Source: a virus (taxonomy: Duplodnaviria > Caudoviricetes). From it: a stretch of DNA of 25,081 nucleotides. Under the pieces are notes generated by a model that searched no databases, was not told the DNA's origin, and was given only the letters and a program-made list of their open reading frames with translations. Positions 1 to 8,433 of this stretch are shown here, piece by piece (position 1 is the stretch's first letter; each line of letters starts with the position of its first letter). Made by a program: the position numbers and the translations under genes. Location of the stretch: positions 1 through 25,081 of the IMG/VR virus record IMGVR_UViG_3300003375_001426; one strand, written 5' to 3'.

Positions 1-348
1 CATAGAGGCAAACCTGGTGTTAGACTTGACAACTACGATGTTAAACAAGCACAACAATTGATTCAGAATGTGTTGAGATTTAACGAGCAAGGTGTGGCGG
101 AAGAAATTGCTCGTATGGAGTCTGAACTAGCTGAACACGGTAAAGCCAGCAAGGAACTATGCCAAAGTTCAAAACCTGATAGTGAGCTAGGAGCCAGCAA
201 TCTATCATCATGCAAAAGCCAAGGGCTACGTGCTCGCGATGGTGAGAAAAGCCACAAACTAGGTAAAAGCCCTAAGAGCCGAATCAAAGTAGGCGGGCAT
301 CGAATTCGCGGAAAAAAATATGGTGGACCTCTACCGGACTGGAGTTAA
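1..348 (+). CDS. Phage hypothetical protein, 5'-truncated (probable virion/internal protein)
   Basis: Frame is open from base 1 (HRGKPGVRLDNYD...) to TAA 346-348. It has an acidic linker EQGVAEE, then a basic C-terminal domain ending GGPLPDWS. Confidence 0.75.
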   Translation, partial: HRGKPGVRLDNYDVKQAQQLIQNVLRFNEQGVAEEIARMESELAEHGKASKELCQSSKPDSELGASNLSSCKSQGLRARDGEKSHKLGKSPKSRIKVGGHRIRGKKYGGPLPDWS

Positions 349-349
349 T

Positions 350-1042
350 ATGAGATTTAATGAATTTAACCAACCACTTAATGAGTCATCATATGATTCT
401 AGTGTAGCGCAACTACAAACAGAATTGTTAGCTAAGGGTGCTGATTTAGGACCGTTTGGTCCTAAGGGTGATGGCATTGATGGTTTATTAGGTCCGTACA
501 CTCGCCGAGCTGCAGAAAAGTTTCCAGAAATATCTAAAAACTATGCTTCTACTTTAGAGAAGCCAGATGCACCGAGTGCTCCAAAAGTTTCACAAGGTGG
601 ACCATTAGTAGGCAAACAACAGCCTAGTAAGTTTATGGTTGACCCTAAAGACATGGCAGAATACTTACAAGGGCTTGGTCTAGATAAAAATTCAATAGCA
701 GGATTGTTAGCAAACGCTCGTGCTGAAAGTAGTTTTAATGCTGGTGTATATGTAGCAAATGATGTTAATGGACCTGGCGGTGGCCTGTTTGGATTCCATG
801 ATACATTCGACGGACGTGTACATAACTTTACTGATATGGTTAATGCTTGCGGCGGTGAAGGCAAGTGGCAACAAAACTGGAAAGGTCAACTTGACTTTGC
901 CTTGAAAGCATCTGGCTATCCTAAAACAGGATTTAAAAGTCCTGCAGCAGCTACTGAATGGTTTGTTAGAAATTACGAACGCCCTGCTAACCAAGAGTAT
1001 CAGATTGCTGCCAGAAGTCAGGCGGCCAACCAATACGCTTAA
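350..1042 (+). CDS. Peptidoglycan-binding domain plus phage tail lysozyme-like (Phage_lysozyme2) protein
   Basis: ATG 350 is just after the upstream stop (MRFNEF...). PG-binding motif VAQLQTELLAKG...DGIDGLLGPYTRRA. Lysozyme-like motifs AGLLANARAESSFN (candidate catalytic Glu), GGGLFGF, QLDF and YERPA. Confidence 0.75.
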   Translation: MRFNEFNQPLNESSYDSSVAQLQTELLAKGADLGPFGPKGDGIDGLLGPYTRRAAEKFPEISKNYASTLEKPDAPSAPKVSQGGPLVGKQQPSKFMVDPKDMAEYLQGLGLDKNSIAGLLANARAESSFNAGVYVANDVNGPGGGLFGFHDTFDGRVHNFTDMVNACGGEGKWQQNWKGQLDFALKASGYPKTGFKSPAAATEWFVRNYERPANQEYQIAARSQAANQYA

Positions 1043-1043
1043 T

Positions 1044-1049
1044 TAAATA
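1044..1049 (+). promoter_or_regulatory. Putative late promoter TAAATA (leaderless-type)
   Basis: TAAATA 5 nt before ATG 1055, with no Shine-Dalgarno (SD) sequence. Confidence 0.6.
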
Positions 1050-1054
1050 CCTGC

Positions 1055-1603
1055 ATGAACATTGTAGGTAATTTATTAATCGCTCCTCCCGCCGTTAAAG
1101 GCAACTTCTGGCACAAGACCGCAATCTTAGTCACTGAGCATCATGCTCACGGCAGTGTCGGTCTAGTACTGAACAAACGTAGCGAACTAACTGTTAAACA
1201 GTTTGGGGAACAGATAGGGTTTACTATCAATCAGCCAGGTTGGTTATATGTGGGTGGGCCGGTCAACAGCCAAAGCCTGAGCTTCCTGCACAGCAATGAG
1301 TGGATCAGCAAGAATACCATGCGAGTAAGTGATAGGTTTTCAGTTAGCTCAGCTGACGATATATTACCTAGAATGGCTGCAGGCGATGTGCCTATTAAAT
1401 GGCGCTTGTTCTTGGGTATGTGTGGTTGGGGCGCTGGACAGCTTATGGGCGAAATCAAAGGACAAGAACCCTGGAGCCATAACAACAGCTGGTGTACTAC
1501 TACAGCAGATTTAGATCTAGTGTTTGATCAAGATGGTAAAGATCAATGGTGTACAGCTCTAGATCGATCTGCTCAAGAGTTTGCTCAAAACATCCTAGCA
1601 TAA
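1055..1603 (+). CDS. YqgE/AlgH family protein (DUF179)
   Basis: Hallmark motifs LLIAPP...F.KT.IL..EH...GSVGLVLNK, LYVGGPV, RLFLG.CGWGAGQL.GEI and W...A..DLVF. Confidence 0.88.
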   Translation: MNIVGNLLIAPPAVKGNFWHKTAILVTEHHAHGSVGLVLNKRSELTVKQFGEQIGFTINQPGWLYVGGPVNSQSLSFLHSNEWISKNTMRVSDRFSVSSADDILPRMAAGDVPIKWRLFLGMCGWGAGQLMGEIKGQEPWSHNNSWCTTTADLDLVFDQDGKDQWCTALDRSAQEFAQNILA

Positions 1604-1622
1604 CGTGTAATCTGTAGTACAA

Positions 1623-1628
1623 TAAATA
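1623..1628 (+). promoter_or_regulatory. Putative late promoter TAAATA
   Basis: TAAATA followed by SD AGAGG and ATG 1645. Confidence 0.55.
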
Positions 1629-1644
1629 ATTAAAAGAGGTTATA

Positions 1645-2160
1645 ATGGCAGCCACGCTATTACTTAATGCGGATGGTGCTCCTGTAGGCTATATGCCATT
1701 GAGTACACTAACTTGGGAAGATGCTATCAAGTACATGGTCTTAGACAAGGCCGATGTGCTGATGTTTCACGACACGTGGATAGTACGTTCAGCATCTTGG
1801 GAAACTCAAGTTCCCTCAGTCATGATGTTGCGTGACTATATGAAACCCAAGACCCATGTACGCTTTAGCCGTTCAAATGTATACCTACGCGATAACGGCA
1901 AGTGTCAGTACTGTGGAGTTCATGTCGAGCGCAAATTATCTACACTAGATCACGTAGTACCAGTTTCAAAAGGTGGCAAGACCACATGGGAAAACTGTAC
2001 CACTGCCTGTGCGCCCTGTAACTCGGCAAAAAGCGATACGACCAAGGGTTGGAAACCACGAATCAAACCCTACAAGCCAGAGTACTACGAATTGGTAAGT
2101 AAACGTAAGAAAGAACACTTTGAAGTGAGATATAACGAATGGCTACAATTTCTAAATTAA
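1645..2160 (+). CDS. HNH endonuclease (McrA-like)
   Basis: RDNGKCQYCG...TLDHVVPVSKGGKTTWENCTTACAPCNSAK, plus an N-terminal LLLNA..P segment. Confidence 0.92.
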   Translation: MAATLLLNADGAPVGYMPLSTLTWEDAIKYMVLDKADVLMFHDTWIVRSASWETQVPSVMMLRDYMKPKTHVRFSRSNVYLRDNGKCQYCGVHVERKLSTLDHVVPVSKGGKTTWENCTTACAPCNSAKSDTTKGWKPRIKPYKPEYYELVSKRKKEHFEVRYNEWLQFLN

Positions 2161-2567
2161 AAAAAGCAATGTGGATGACACTAGGATTCCTGTGTCTAGG
2201 GTTGGCCTATATCGGCATCGTCACTCCAGGTATTCCTTGGTCAACACCCACAGTGGGGGCAGCCTATTGTTTTGCCAAAGGCAGTGAACGTATGCACAAC
2301 TGGATCATGAATCACAAGTTGTTTGGGCCATTCTTGCGTGGATGGGCTGAGAAACGTGTATTCCCAGTTAAGGCTCGCTGGTTAATGGTTTTGACCATGG
2401 ACAGCAGCCTTATTATCATGTGGTTTACCACGCATAACGTCAAAGCAGTGGTCTGTACCGGCATCTTTATGGCTCTAGTAGCATGGTGGGCTATGGCTTA
2501 CCCTAAATCAGCAGAAGATTATGATGCTCGCAAAGCAGCTGGCAAAAAGATAGGTTGGTTCGGATAA
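2139..2567 (+). CDS. YbaN/DUF454 family inner-membrane protein
   Basis: LG..CLGLAYIGIVTPGIPWSTP...AAYCFAKGSERMHNWI.NHKLFGP.LR.W with several hydrophobic helices. The start could also be 2169. Confidence 0.85.
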   Translation: MATISKLKKAMWMTLGFLCLGLAYIGIVTPGIPWSTPTVGAAYCFAKGSERMHNWIMNHKLFGPFLRGWAEKRVFPVKARWLMVLTMDSSLIIMWFTTHNVKAVVCTGIFMALVAWWAMAYPKSAEDYDARKAAGKKIGWFG

Positions 2568-2572
2568 ACTAA

Positions 2573-2604
2573 TAAATAGTAGTACTTACAAAGGGTACTA
2601 CTAT
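2573..2604 (+). promoter_or_regulatory. Late promoter TAAATA overlapping an RBS/AUG-sequestering hairpin
   Basis: TAAATA 2573-2578. Perfect 10-bp inverted repeat ATAGTAGTAC (2576-2585) / GTACTACTAT (2595-2604) enclosing AAGGG and including the AT of ATG 2603. Confidence 0.7.
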
Positions 2605-3433
2605 GAAGAAACTATTTGCATCGCTTGTCCTAGCGATCGCAGCTCTAGCTAGCACACAAGCTATAGCATGGACACAACGTCAACCAAATCCACCACAAGC
2701 ATGCCAACCACATGCTCCCTACGGATTTCCACAAACAGCAGGTGTTACTCCTATTTGCCGTCAAGCATATCTAGTTGGATATGATGCTGCGGCCAAGCTG
2801 CCTAAGTATGTGACCTACGAACTATTGCCACAAAACGCTCTAGGATGTGTTGCCCGTACTAACGCATTTGCCGCTGACCAATCAGTGCCAAATGGTGCAA
2901 CTCCAGCTGACTACGCTGGCACAGGCTACGACAAAGGACACATGAGTCCAGACGGTGACTTGTCATGGGACGTTCAAGTAGAATTTGAATCATTCTTAAT
3001 GACCAATATGAGCCCACAAGCTGGTTCATTGAATCGTGGCATTTGGAAACTGTTAGAAACTTCAGTACGTGGTTGGGCAGTACAACGCGGTCAATCATAC
3101 ACAGTTTACGTAGGCGGGTTATATGGCCCAGGCGACAAGACCATCGGTAAAGGTGTAGTTGTACCACACGGTTTCTACAAGATTGTTATCAATAACCAAA
3201 CTAAAGAGATCGCAGGATGGGGCTTCCCTCACGTGGCGCCATATCCTAATCTAGGCAATGACTTGACCAAGTTCCGTGTTCCAGTCGCTACTATTATGAA
3301 AGATGCTGGTGTACAATTTGCGTTCCCACAAGGTGCAGTTGAACTAGCTCCAGGCAAAGAATGGCCAGTAAACTTTGGTGCATTGACCAATGCCAAACGT
3401 GCCAAGTGTGGTGCTAACGCTAGTACTGACTAA
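2603..3433 (+). CDS. Secreted DNA/RNA non-specific endonuclease (NucA/EndA family)
   Basis: Signal peptide MKKLFASLVLAIAALASTQAIA. Motifs DY.GTGYDKGHMSP (DRGH-like), ESFLMTNMSPQ...LNRGIWK.LE..VR and VVPHGFYKIV. Confidence 0.92.
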   Translation: MKKLFASLVLAIAALASTQAIAWTQRQPNPPQACQPHAPYGFPQTAGVTPICRQAYLVGYDAAAKLPKYVTYELLPQNALGCVARTNAFAADQSVPNGATPADYAGTGYDKGHMSPDGDLSWDVQVEFESFLMTNMSPQAGSLNRGIWKLLETSVRGWAVQRGQSYTVYVGGLYGPGDKTIGKGVVVPHGFYKIVINNQTKEIAGWGFPHVAPYPNLGNDLTKFRVPVATIMKDAGVQFAFPQGAVELAPGKEWPVNFGALTNAKRAKCGANASTD

Positions 3434-3434
3434 T

Positions 3435-4217
3435 ATGAAAACATTCCAAGACTATCTCGCTGAAGCTAGAACAAAAGTCAAGTCCAAAATACACACCGGA
3501 CCTGATCTTGATGCCCCAGCAGATCAGCCTTTGGCTAACGTAGAACCAGAAGCACCGCATCACGAACCACGTCATGAACCTGCACCCGAGCGTCGTAAAG
3601 CTTCAGCAGCAGACACTGCTCGTGCCACAGCAGGCATACATCATCCAGGTATGGCAGACATGCTAAGTCGTATGCGCAATATTGACATAGAGCCAGAAGA
3701 TGATTGGGCAGGATTTCCAGATGAAGAACCAGAAACAGCAGTCGATGTGCATGTCACTACTGCTAATCTTCCAGCTGTCGCTGGACAGTCTCTAACAGCA
3801 GCCGGCGTACAGAATCCCAGCTTCCATAAGGTCAGCAACTTGCCGGGCAATATGAATCGTGCTATTAAGTCTTTGGGTAAACAGTTATTTCGTACATTAA
3901 CACGTACTCCTACAGAGGATGTGTATGTTGTTGCTAACGTAGCTGGACAAGGTCCTAACTCAACACAAGAAGTAAACGCAGTGGCCAACTGGGTTCGTAC
4001 ACACGGTGAAGAACACTCATCAGGTGATATAGACTTTGACACTACTATTCCTGGCTATCGTGCAGAAATTAAACAATATTCAGCAGGTGGTATTCGTTGG
4101 CTATTGGTCCGTGACGAATTTGGACAGTACATTTATTCATGGCCGGAAGCAGACAGTATCCAACATGCTAATGCTCGTGAACTTGGACATGATCGTCCAC
4201 AACTAGGCAACAACTAA
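3435..4217 (+). CDS. Phage hypothetical protein, probable head-internal protein
   Basis: ATG 3435 follows the upstream stop. N-terminus MKTFQDYLAE resembles the T4 internal-protein capsid-targeting sequence. Pro/Glu/His-rich disordered region, then a globular C-terminus. Confidence 0.75.
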   Translation: MKTFQDYLAEARTKVKSKIHTGPDLDAPADQPLANVEPEAPHHEPRHEPAPERRKASAADTARATAGIHHPGMADMLSRMRNIDIEPEDDWAGFPDEEPETAVDVHVTTANLPAVAGQSLTAAGVQNPSFHKVSNLPGNMNRAIKSLGKQLFRTLTRTPTEDVYVVANVAGQGPNSTQEVNAVANWVRTHGEEHSSGDIDFDTTIPGYRAEIKQYSAGGIRWLLVRDEFGQYIYSWPEADSIQHANARELGHDRPQLGNN

Positions 4218-4220
4218 ATA
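4215..4220 (+). promoter_or_regulatory. Putative late promoter TAAATA (leaderless-type)
   Basis: Overlaps the upstream stop codon and lies 5 nt before ATG 4226, with no SD. Confidence 0.55.
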
Positions 4221-4225
4221 TTATT

Positions 4226-5101
4226 ATGAATACAAACGGATATAAATTATTTGCTCAATTATGCGAAAGCATAATGTTTGAAGACAGCTCAACAATGGGT
4301 TTGATCAATGGACTTCCTGGCGGACAACAGGTAGTAAAGTATCTACACAGCCAACAAGGTCTAGGTCACGCACAAGACTATAAACAAATTGCTAAGATTG
4401 CATGGAGTGAGTTGAAAGATGCTTACCGTGGTGCGTGGGTTATCATGCAATACAAAAACGGTGTTGGTGCTATTAAACAACAAAGCGGCACATACTATGC
4501 TGTAGCCAGTAAAGGTGATGCTCCTGTAGCATTCCAGGACAGTCGTGGCGGCAACGTCATGGACTTCTTGAAAGGACAACTAGGTGGCAATCCTATTAAA
4601 ATGTGGGCCGGCACAGAAACAGGCAAAACTAAAGAACTTAAAAAGACTCGCCAACAAGCCAAACAAGAGTTAGAAAAGACTACTACACTTACCCCCGATG
4701 CCTTAGTTAAAAAGTTTAGCCCCCTGTGGGTTAAGGCAATGACTGTAGCCCAAGCTGATATCAAAGGCATGGTACAGAATATGATTAAGAACGATGCTTA
4801 TGAAAAAGCCGAGCGTAAACTAAAACAGTTAAAACTGTTAGATGATGGTATTCTAAGCATAGAAAGCGATAAGACTACTAAACCTGATTTCTTAAATGCA
4901 GCGATTGGACAGGCTATTACAATGACTGCTAGTCACTACTACCCAGATGAAACTGGAAATATCAGTCGTTCATATTCTAGCGGCTTTACTCCTGAGCGCC
5001 ATGAGGGTGTACAGCACGTACTTAAAGATATATCTGCAGGTGACCAAGCTAAGTTAGGAACATTATTGGCATTTTTTAAACGAGCGTTGATTACAGGATG
5101 A
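4226..5101 (+). CDS. Phage hypothetical protein
   Basis: 291-aa ORF in operon orientation, coupled to the next gene by an ATGA overlap. Confidence 0.8.
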   Translation: MNTNGYKLFAQLCESIMFEDSSTMGLINGLPGGQQVVKYLHSQQGLGHAQDYKQIAKIAWSELKDAYRGAWVIMQYKNGVGAIKQQSGTYYAVASKGDAPVAFQDSRGGNVMDFLKGQLGGNPIKMWAGTETGKTKELKKTRQQAKQELEKTTTLTPDALVKKFSPLWVKAMTVAQADIKGMVQNMIKNDAYEKAERKLKQLKLLDDGILSIESDKTTKPDFLNAAIGQAITMTASHYYPDETGNISRSYSSGFTPERHEGVQHVLKDISAGDQAKLGTLLAFFKRALITG

Positions 5102-6309
5102 AAACAGTAGATATTCTAAATGAGGCCAATGTAGCCGCAAAGATCGCCAAGGATCCAAAGACTGCTAAGATGTTAGGCATTGCCTGGCGCCATGATGCTA
5201 CACTGCCACGTACACTGGTAGCCAAACTAGGCCCACGTGCTAGCGATGAGCAAATCGTTCATGCATGGAGTAAACTATTAGATGATACCCTCCGCACTAA
5301 CAACTACGGTGATTTGTCAGCAGATGGTCGCTTCGATGATTGGCTAACACGTTTATACATTAATGGTGCTGCTGACTACGAAGATATCAACGGTGAAGGT
5401 GGCGATGCTCTAGGTGCATGGGCTGCTCTAAACAAACGTGGTTTGCTACGTCCAGCAGATCAAGACTTTAATAAATTCCGTAGTATTCGTCAACTACAAC
5501 GTATTCGCAATGATCGGTCATATCGCAATGAATTAGATCGTATTAAAGATGCTGAACACATTGAGAAGATGAAGCGTGAAAAGAAAGATGTTGTTATTGT
5601 AGACAACGATCGCTACTATGTTGTTGTTCCTTTAAACTACGGTGCTTGCTATACATTTGGCAATGCCGCAGGCTATAAACCAAACTTCTGTACTAATTCA
5701 AGTTCAGGTCTTCGTTGGTTCAATAACTATGCTCCAGATGGAATAATCGTTAGTATCACAGACAAACATAATCAAGATGTTGCTGACGGTAAGTGGCAGT
5801 TCCATGCTGCTACTAATCAGATTGTCAACGGTGATCAAGAGAATCGTCATGATCGTCAGGGCAACGATGAAAAGTTCTCTAAATTATTTCCTGGATTAAT
5901 GACAGAAATTATTCATGGTATTCAATCACATGCCGATGAAATTAAAGCAGGTAGTACAGAACTAACTCGTGGCGGATATGATATTGCTAAAGAAATTGAT
6001 GCTATTAAATCTAAGTATCCCTTGAGTGTTGCTAGTAAAGTTAAAGCCGATGAACCGGAAGCTGAGCCAGAAGAACCCACAGCAGAACCTCAAGCACATC
6101 ATGCCGAGCCTGAAGCCCATCATCATGCAGCGGCTGCACATGATGATCAAGATGGTCCAGGACGTTATAGTGTAACACACACTCCTACTAATCGTACTGC
6201 TATTATTCCAGCTAACGATCGTGCTGATCTAATGCGCAAATTAAATCAACGCTATCCCGATTATCCAGATACAGATTATAACATTACCAAACAACCTAAC
6301 GAGGCTTAA
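5098..6309 (+). CDS. Phage hypothetical protein (possible PcfJ-like domain; probable virion protein)
   Basis: N-terminus MKTVDILNE. Segment VVVPLNYGAC...G....NFCT......WFNNY...G...KWQFH is reminiscent of phage PcfJ-like domains. His/Glu/Ala-rich linker near the C-terminus. Confidence 0.75.
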   Translation: MKTVDILNEANVAAKIAKDPKTAKMLGIAWRHDATLPRTLVAKLGPRASDEQIVHAWSKLLDDTLRTNNYGDLSADGRFDDWLTRLYINGAADYEDINGEGGDALGAWAALNKRGLLRPADQDFNKFRSIRQLQRIRNDRSYRNELDRIKDAEHIEKMKREKKDVVIVDNDRYYVVVPLNYGACYTFGNAAGYKPNFCTNSSSGLRWFNNYAPDGIIVSITDKHNQDVADGKWQFHAATNQIVNGDQENRHDRQGNDEKFSKLFPGLMTEIIHGIQSHADEIKAGSTELTRGGYDIAKEIDAIKSKYPLSVASKVKADEPEAEPEEPTAEPQAHHAEPEAHHHAAAAHDDQDGPGRYSVTHTPTNRTAIIPANDRADLMRKLNQRYPDYPDTDYNITKQPNEA

Positions 6310-6310
6310 T

Positions 6311-6397
6311 ATGGATCCATTAAATCCTTATCAGTATCCTTTATTTCCAGAAGATGATGGCACAGACACTCCAAAAAATCCTTACAGCCCTGCATAA
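6311..6397 (+). CDS. Small 28-aa Pro-rich peptide (not in the ORF track)
   Basis: GAGG SD, ATG 6311 just after the upstream stop, MDPLNPYQYPLFPEDDGTDTPKNPYSPA followed by TAA TAG. Confidence 0.55.
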   Translation: MDPLNPYQYPLFPEDDGTDTPKNPYSPA

Positions 6398-6429
6398 TAG
6401 TCTAGCCCGATTGGGGTGCGGGCTGGCTG
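6398..6429 (+). other. GC-rich RNA hairpin without a U-tract
   Basis: CTAGCCCG (6402-6409) pairs with CGGGCTGG (6419-6426), including one G-U pair. Confidence 0.5.
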
Positions 6430-6438
6430 GAATTTGCC

Positions 6439-6729
6439 ATGAAAATAAATGAAATTATTAACGAAGATTGGCAGAAAGTTAACAAACACGATAAAACAGC
6501 CGGCATGAGTTCCAAGGCTGTTAAAGCCTATCGTCATGAACATCCAAGCAGTAAACTAAAGACTGCGGTAACTACTAAACCTAGTAAGTTAAAAAAAGGA
6601 TCTAAAGATTCTAAGCGTCGCAAGAGCTTCTGCGCTCGTAGTAACGGTCAAAAGAAAATGCACAGTATTGATTGCAGTAAAACTCCAGATAAGGCAATCT
6701 GTGCCGCACGTCGTCGTTGGAATTGCTAA
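6439..6729 (+). CDS. Small basic phage protein, DUF6321-like
   Basis: GMS.KAVKAYR...P.SKLKTAV...KRRKSFCAR...RRRWNC pattern, N-terminus MKINEIINE. Confidence 0.65.
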   Translation: MKINEIINEDWQKVNKHDKTAGMSSKAVKAYRHEHPSSKLKTAVTTKPSKLKKGSKDSKRRKSFCARSNGQKKMHSIDCSKTPDKAICAARRRWNC

Positions 6730-7820
6730 TGAGAGCAACCGAATTTGCTCCTCGCAAACTAGTTATATTTGACATAGATGATACTTTGGTACATACCCAG
6801 ACTAAAGTTCATGTGATCAAGGATGGACAAGTTATTAAGAGTTTAAACAGTCACGACTTTACACACTATAAACTCCAACCAGGTGAATCATTCGACTTTG
6901 GTGATTTTGCCAATGCCCGCGAATTTTTTGAAAAGTCCAAACCAATCATTCCAATGATTAATCAGCTTAAACAAGACATTGCAACTGGTAATGAAGTTAC
7001 AATGGTTACAGCTCGTGCAGATTTTAATGATCGTGAATTGTTTTTAGATACATTCCGCAAGTACGGTGTGGATATGAGCAGAGTACATGTACATCGTGCC
7101 GGTAATCTTGTAGGCAAAATAGCCACAGAAGAAAAGAAAAAGATTATTATACGCAATTTATTAAGCAAGGCACATTATGACAAGGCAATAATGTATGATG
7201 ATAGCAAGCCAAATCTTGATGCGTTTGTTGATCTTAAAAAAGAATATCCTCGAACTAAATTCTATGCCTGGCATGTTAGCCTAGACGGTGAAGCTGGTGA
7301 ATATCATAGAACAAATGAGACAGTTGAATTAGATCCTAGTCGCACAAATTATGAAATACGCAACTACCATAAACTAGACAAGTATCTTACAGAATTGTGC
7401 CAATTAGTTGAACGTGGACAGCAATCCAATAAAGATTATGGTATGGTTGCAGCCGGAGTATTAAGTCTTAAACATCCATGGTTAGCACGATTAAATCGTC
7501 CAGGTAAACATGGAAGAATTCATGCAGAACATGCGGCTATATTAGATTTTAAATCTAAGTATGGTGAGATACCAGAAGGCACTGTATTGATTACAACACT
7601 AAGCCCTTGTAACAAACATATGGACGAGCGCGATGGTCCTGCTTGTGCAGACATTATAAACGCTAACGGCATTAAAAAAGTCTATTGCGGATATATAGAT
7701 CCTACTCAACATCACGGTTCATCAGATCAAAGAGAATATAATCTAGTAGAAACACAAAACAAAATATTACGCAGTCAATGTGAAGAATTTGCAGATACCT
7801 TTTTAGGAAAAATACAATGA
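6729..7820 (+). CDS. HAD-superfamily phosphatase fused to a RibD-like Zn-dependent deaminase
   Basis: Start coupled by TAATG. HAD motif I FDIDDTL, motif II VTAR, motif III K and motif IV YDDS..N. C-terminal HAE...TTLSPC-x11-C...GIKKVYCG..DP. Confidence 0.8.
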   Translation: MRATEFAPRKLVIFDIDDTLVHTQTKVHVIKDGQVIKSLNSHDFTHYKLQPGESFDFGDFANAREFFEKSKPIIPMINQLKQDIATGNEVTMVTARADFNDRELFLDTFRKYGVDMSRVHVHRAGNLVGKIATEEKKKIIIRNLLSKAHYDKAIMYDDSKPNLDAFVDLKKEYPRTKFYAWHVSLDGEAGEYHRTNETVELDPSRTNYEIRNYHKLDKYLTELCQLVERGQQSNKDYGMVAAGVLSLKHPWLARLNRPGKHGRIHAEHAAILDFKSKYGEIPEGTVLITTLSPCNKHMDERDGPACADIINANGIKKVYCGYIDPTQHHGSSDQREYNLVETQNKILRSQCEEFADTFLGKIQ

Positions 7821-8200
7821 AAAAAATTATACTATTATTAGCATTTCTAAGCCTAGCAGGATGTGCTAATGTAATGACGTTAATTCCTAGTAAGTGGGAT
7901 GACAATCAGGCTAAGTCAATTACCGATATACAACAAGATGCTAGACGCTTTGATTGTAAAGGTGACCTAGTAGCACAATTAAACAAGTTGGATTTAGAAA
8001 TAGAATGGTTTGATATATATGCTACAACTAAACCCACACGTGATGTTAACAAGTTAACAGAAACATTAACAACAACTGTTAAAGAGTTTCAAACTCGTGC
8101 TAAAGCTGGACCAGTTAGTCCACTATACTGCGATTTGAAAAAGAAAATTATCCAGCAACAAGCCGACATTATAGCTGCTGGTGTTATGGGGAGATTCTAA
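7817..8200 (+). CDS. Predicted lipoprotein
   Basis: MKK plus a hydrophobic core and lipobox LAGC. ATGA overlap with the upstream gene. Confidence 0.8.
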   Translation: MKKIILLLAFLSLAGCANVMTLIPSKWDDNQAKSITDIQQDARRFDCKGDLVAQLNKLDLEIEWFDIYATTKPTRDVNKLTETLTTTVKEFQTRAKAGPVSPLYCDLKKKIIQQQADIIAAGVMGRF

Positions 8201-8433
8201 TGAACGACGCACTAGTAGCAGTTATGAATTCAGGACAGCCTTGGGCAGCAGAACGTGCTCAATATGCATGCCAAGTACATGAAGCAGTTGGTGCAGGACA
8301 ATTAAGTCCTAGCGAAGCTGCTGAAATATTAAATGATTTAATTAGTACACAAAAACTAGATGAAGCAAGCAGCGACATGCAACTACGTGCTGCCTTAGTG
8401 TTTGGTGTACAACAGTTAATTAGTTTGTATTAA
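8200..8433 (+). CDS. Small helical hypothetical protein
   Basis: TAATG coupling and a GGGAG SD; 77 aa. Confidence 0.7.
   Translation: MNDALVAVMNSGQPWAAERAQYACQVHEAVGAGQLSPSEAAEILNDLISTQKLDEASSDMQLRAALVFGVQQLISLY

Noticed and set aside
1645-2160. HNH as an intron-encoded or mobile homing element
   Set aside because: It is free-standing, with its own promoter and SD, and no split host gene or flanking repeats.
7817-8433. Spanin pair
   Set aside because: No upstream i-spanin with an N-terminal transmembrane helix and coiled coil, and the gene order and lipoprotein composition do not fit.
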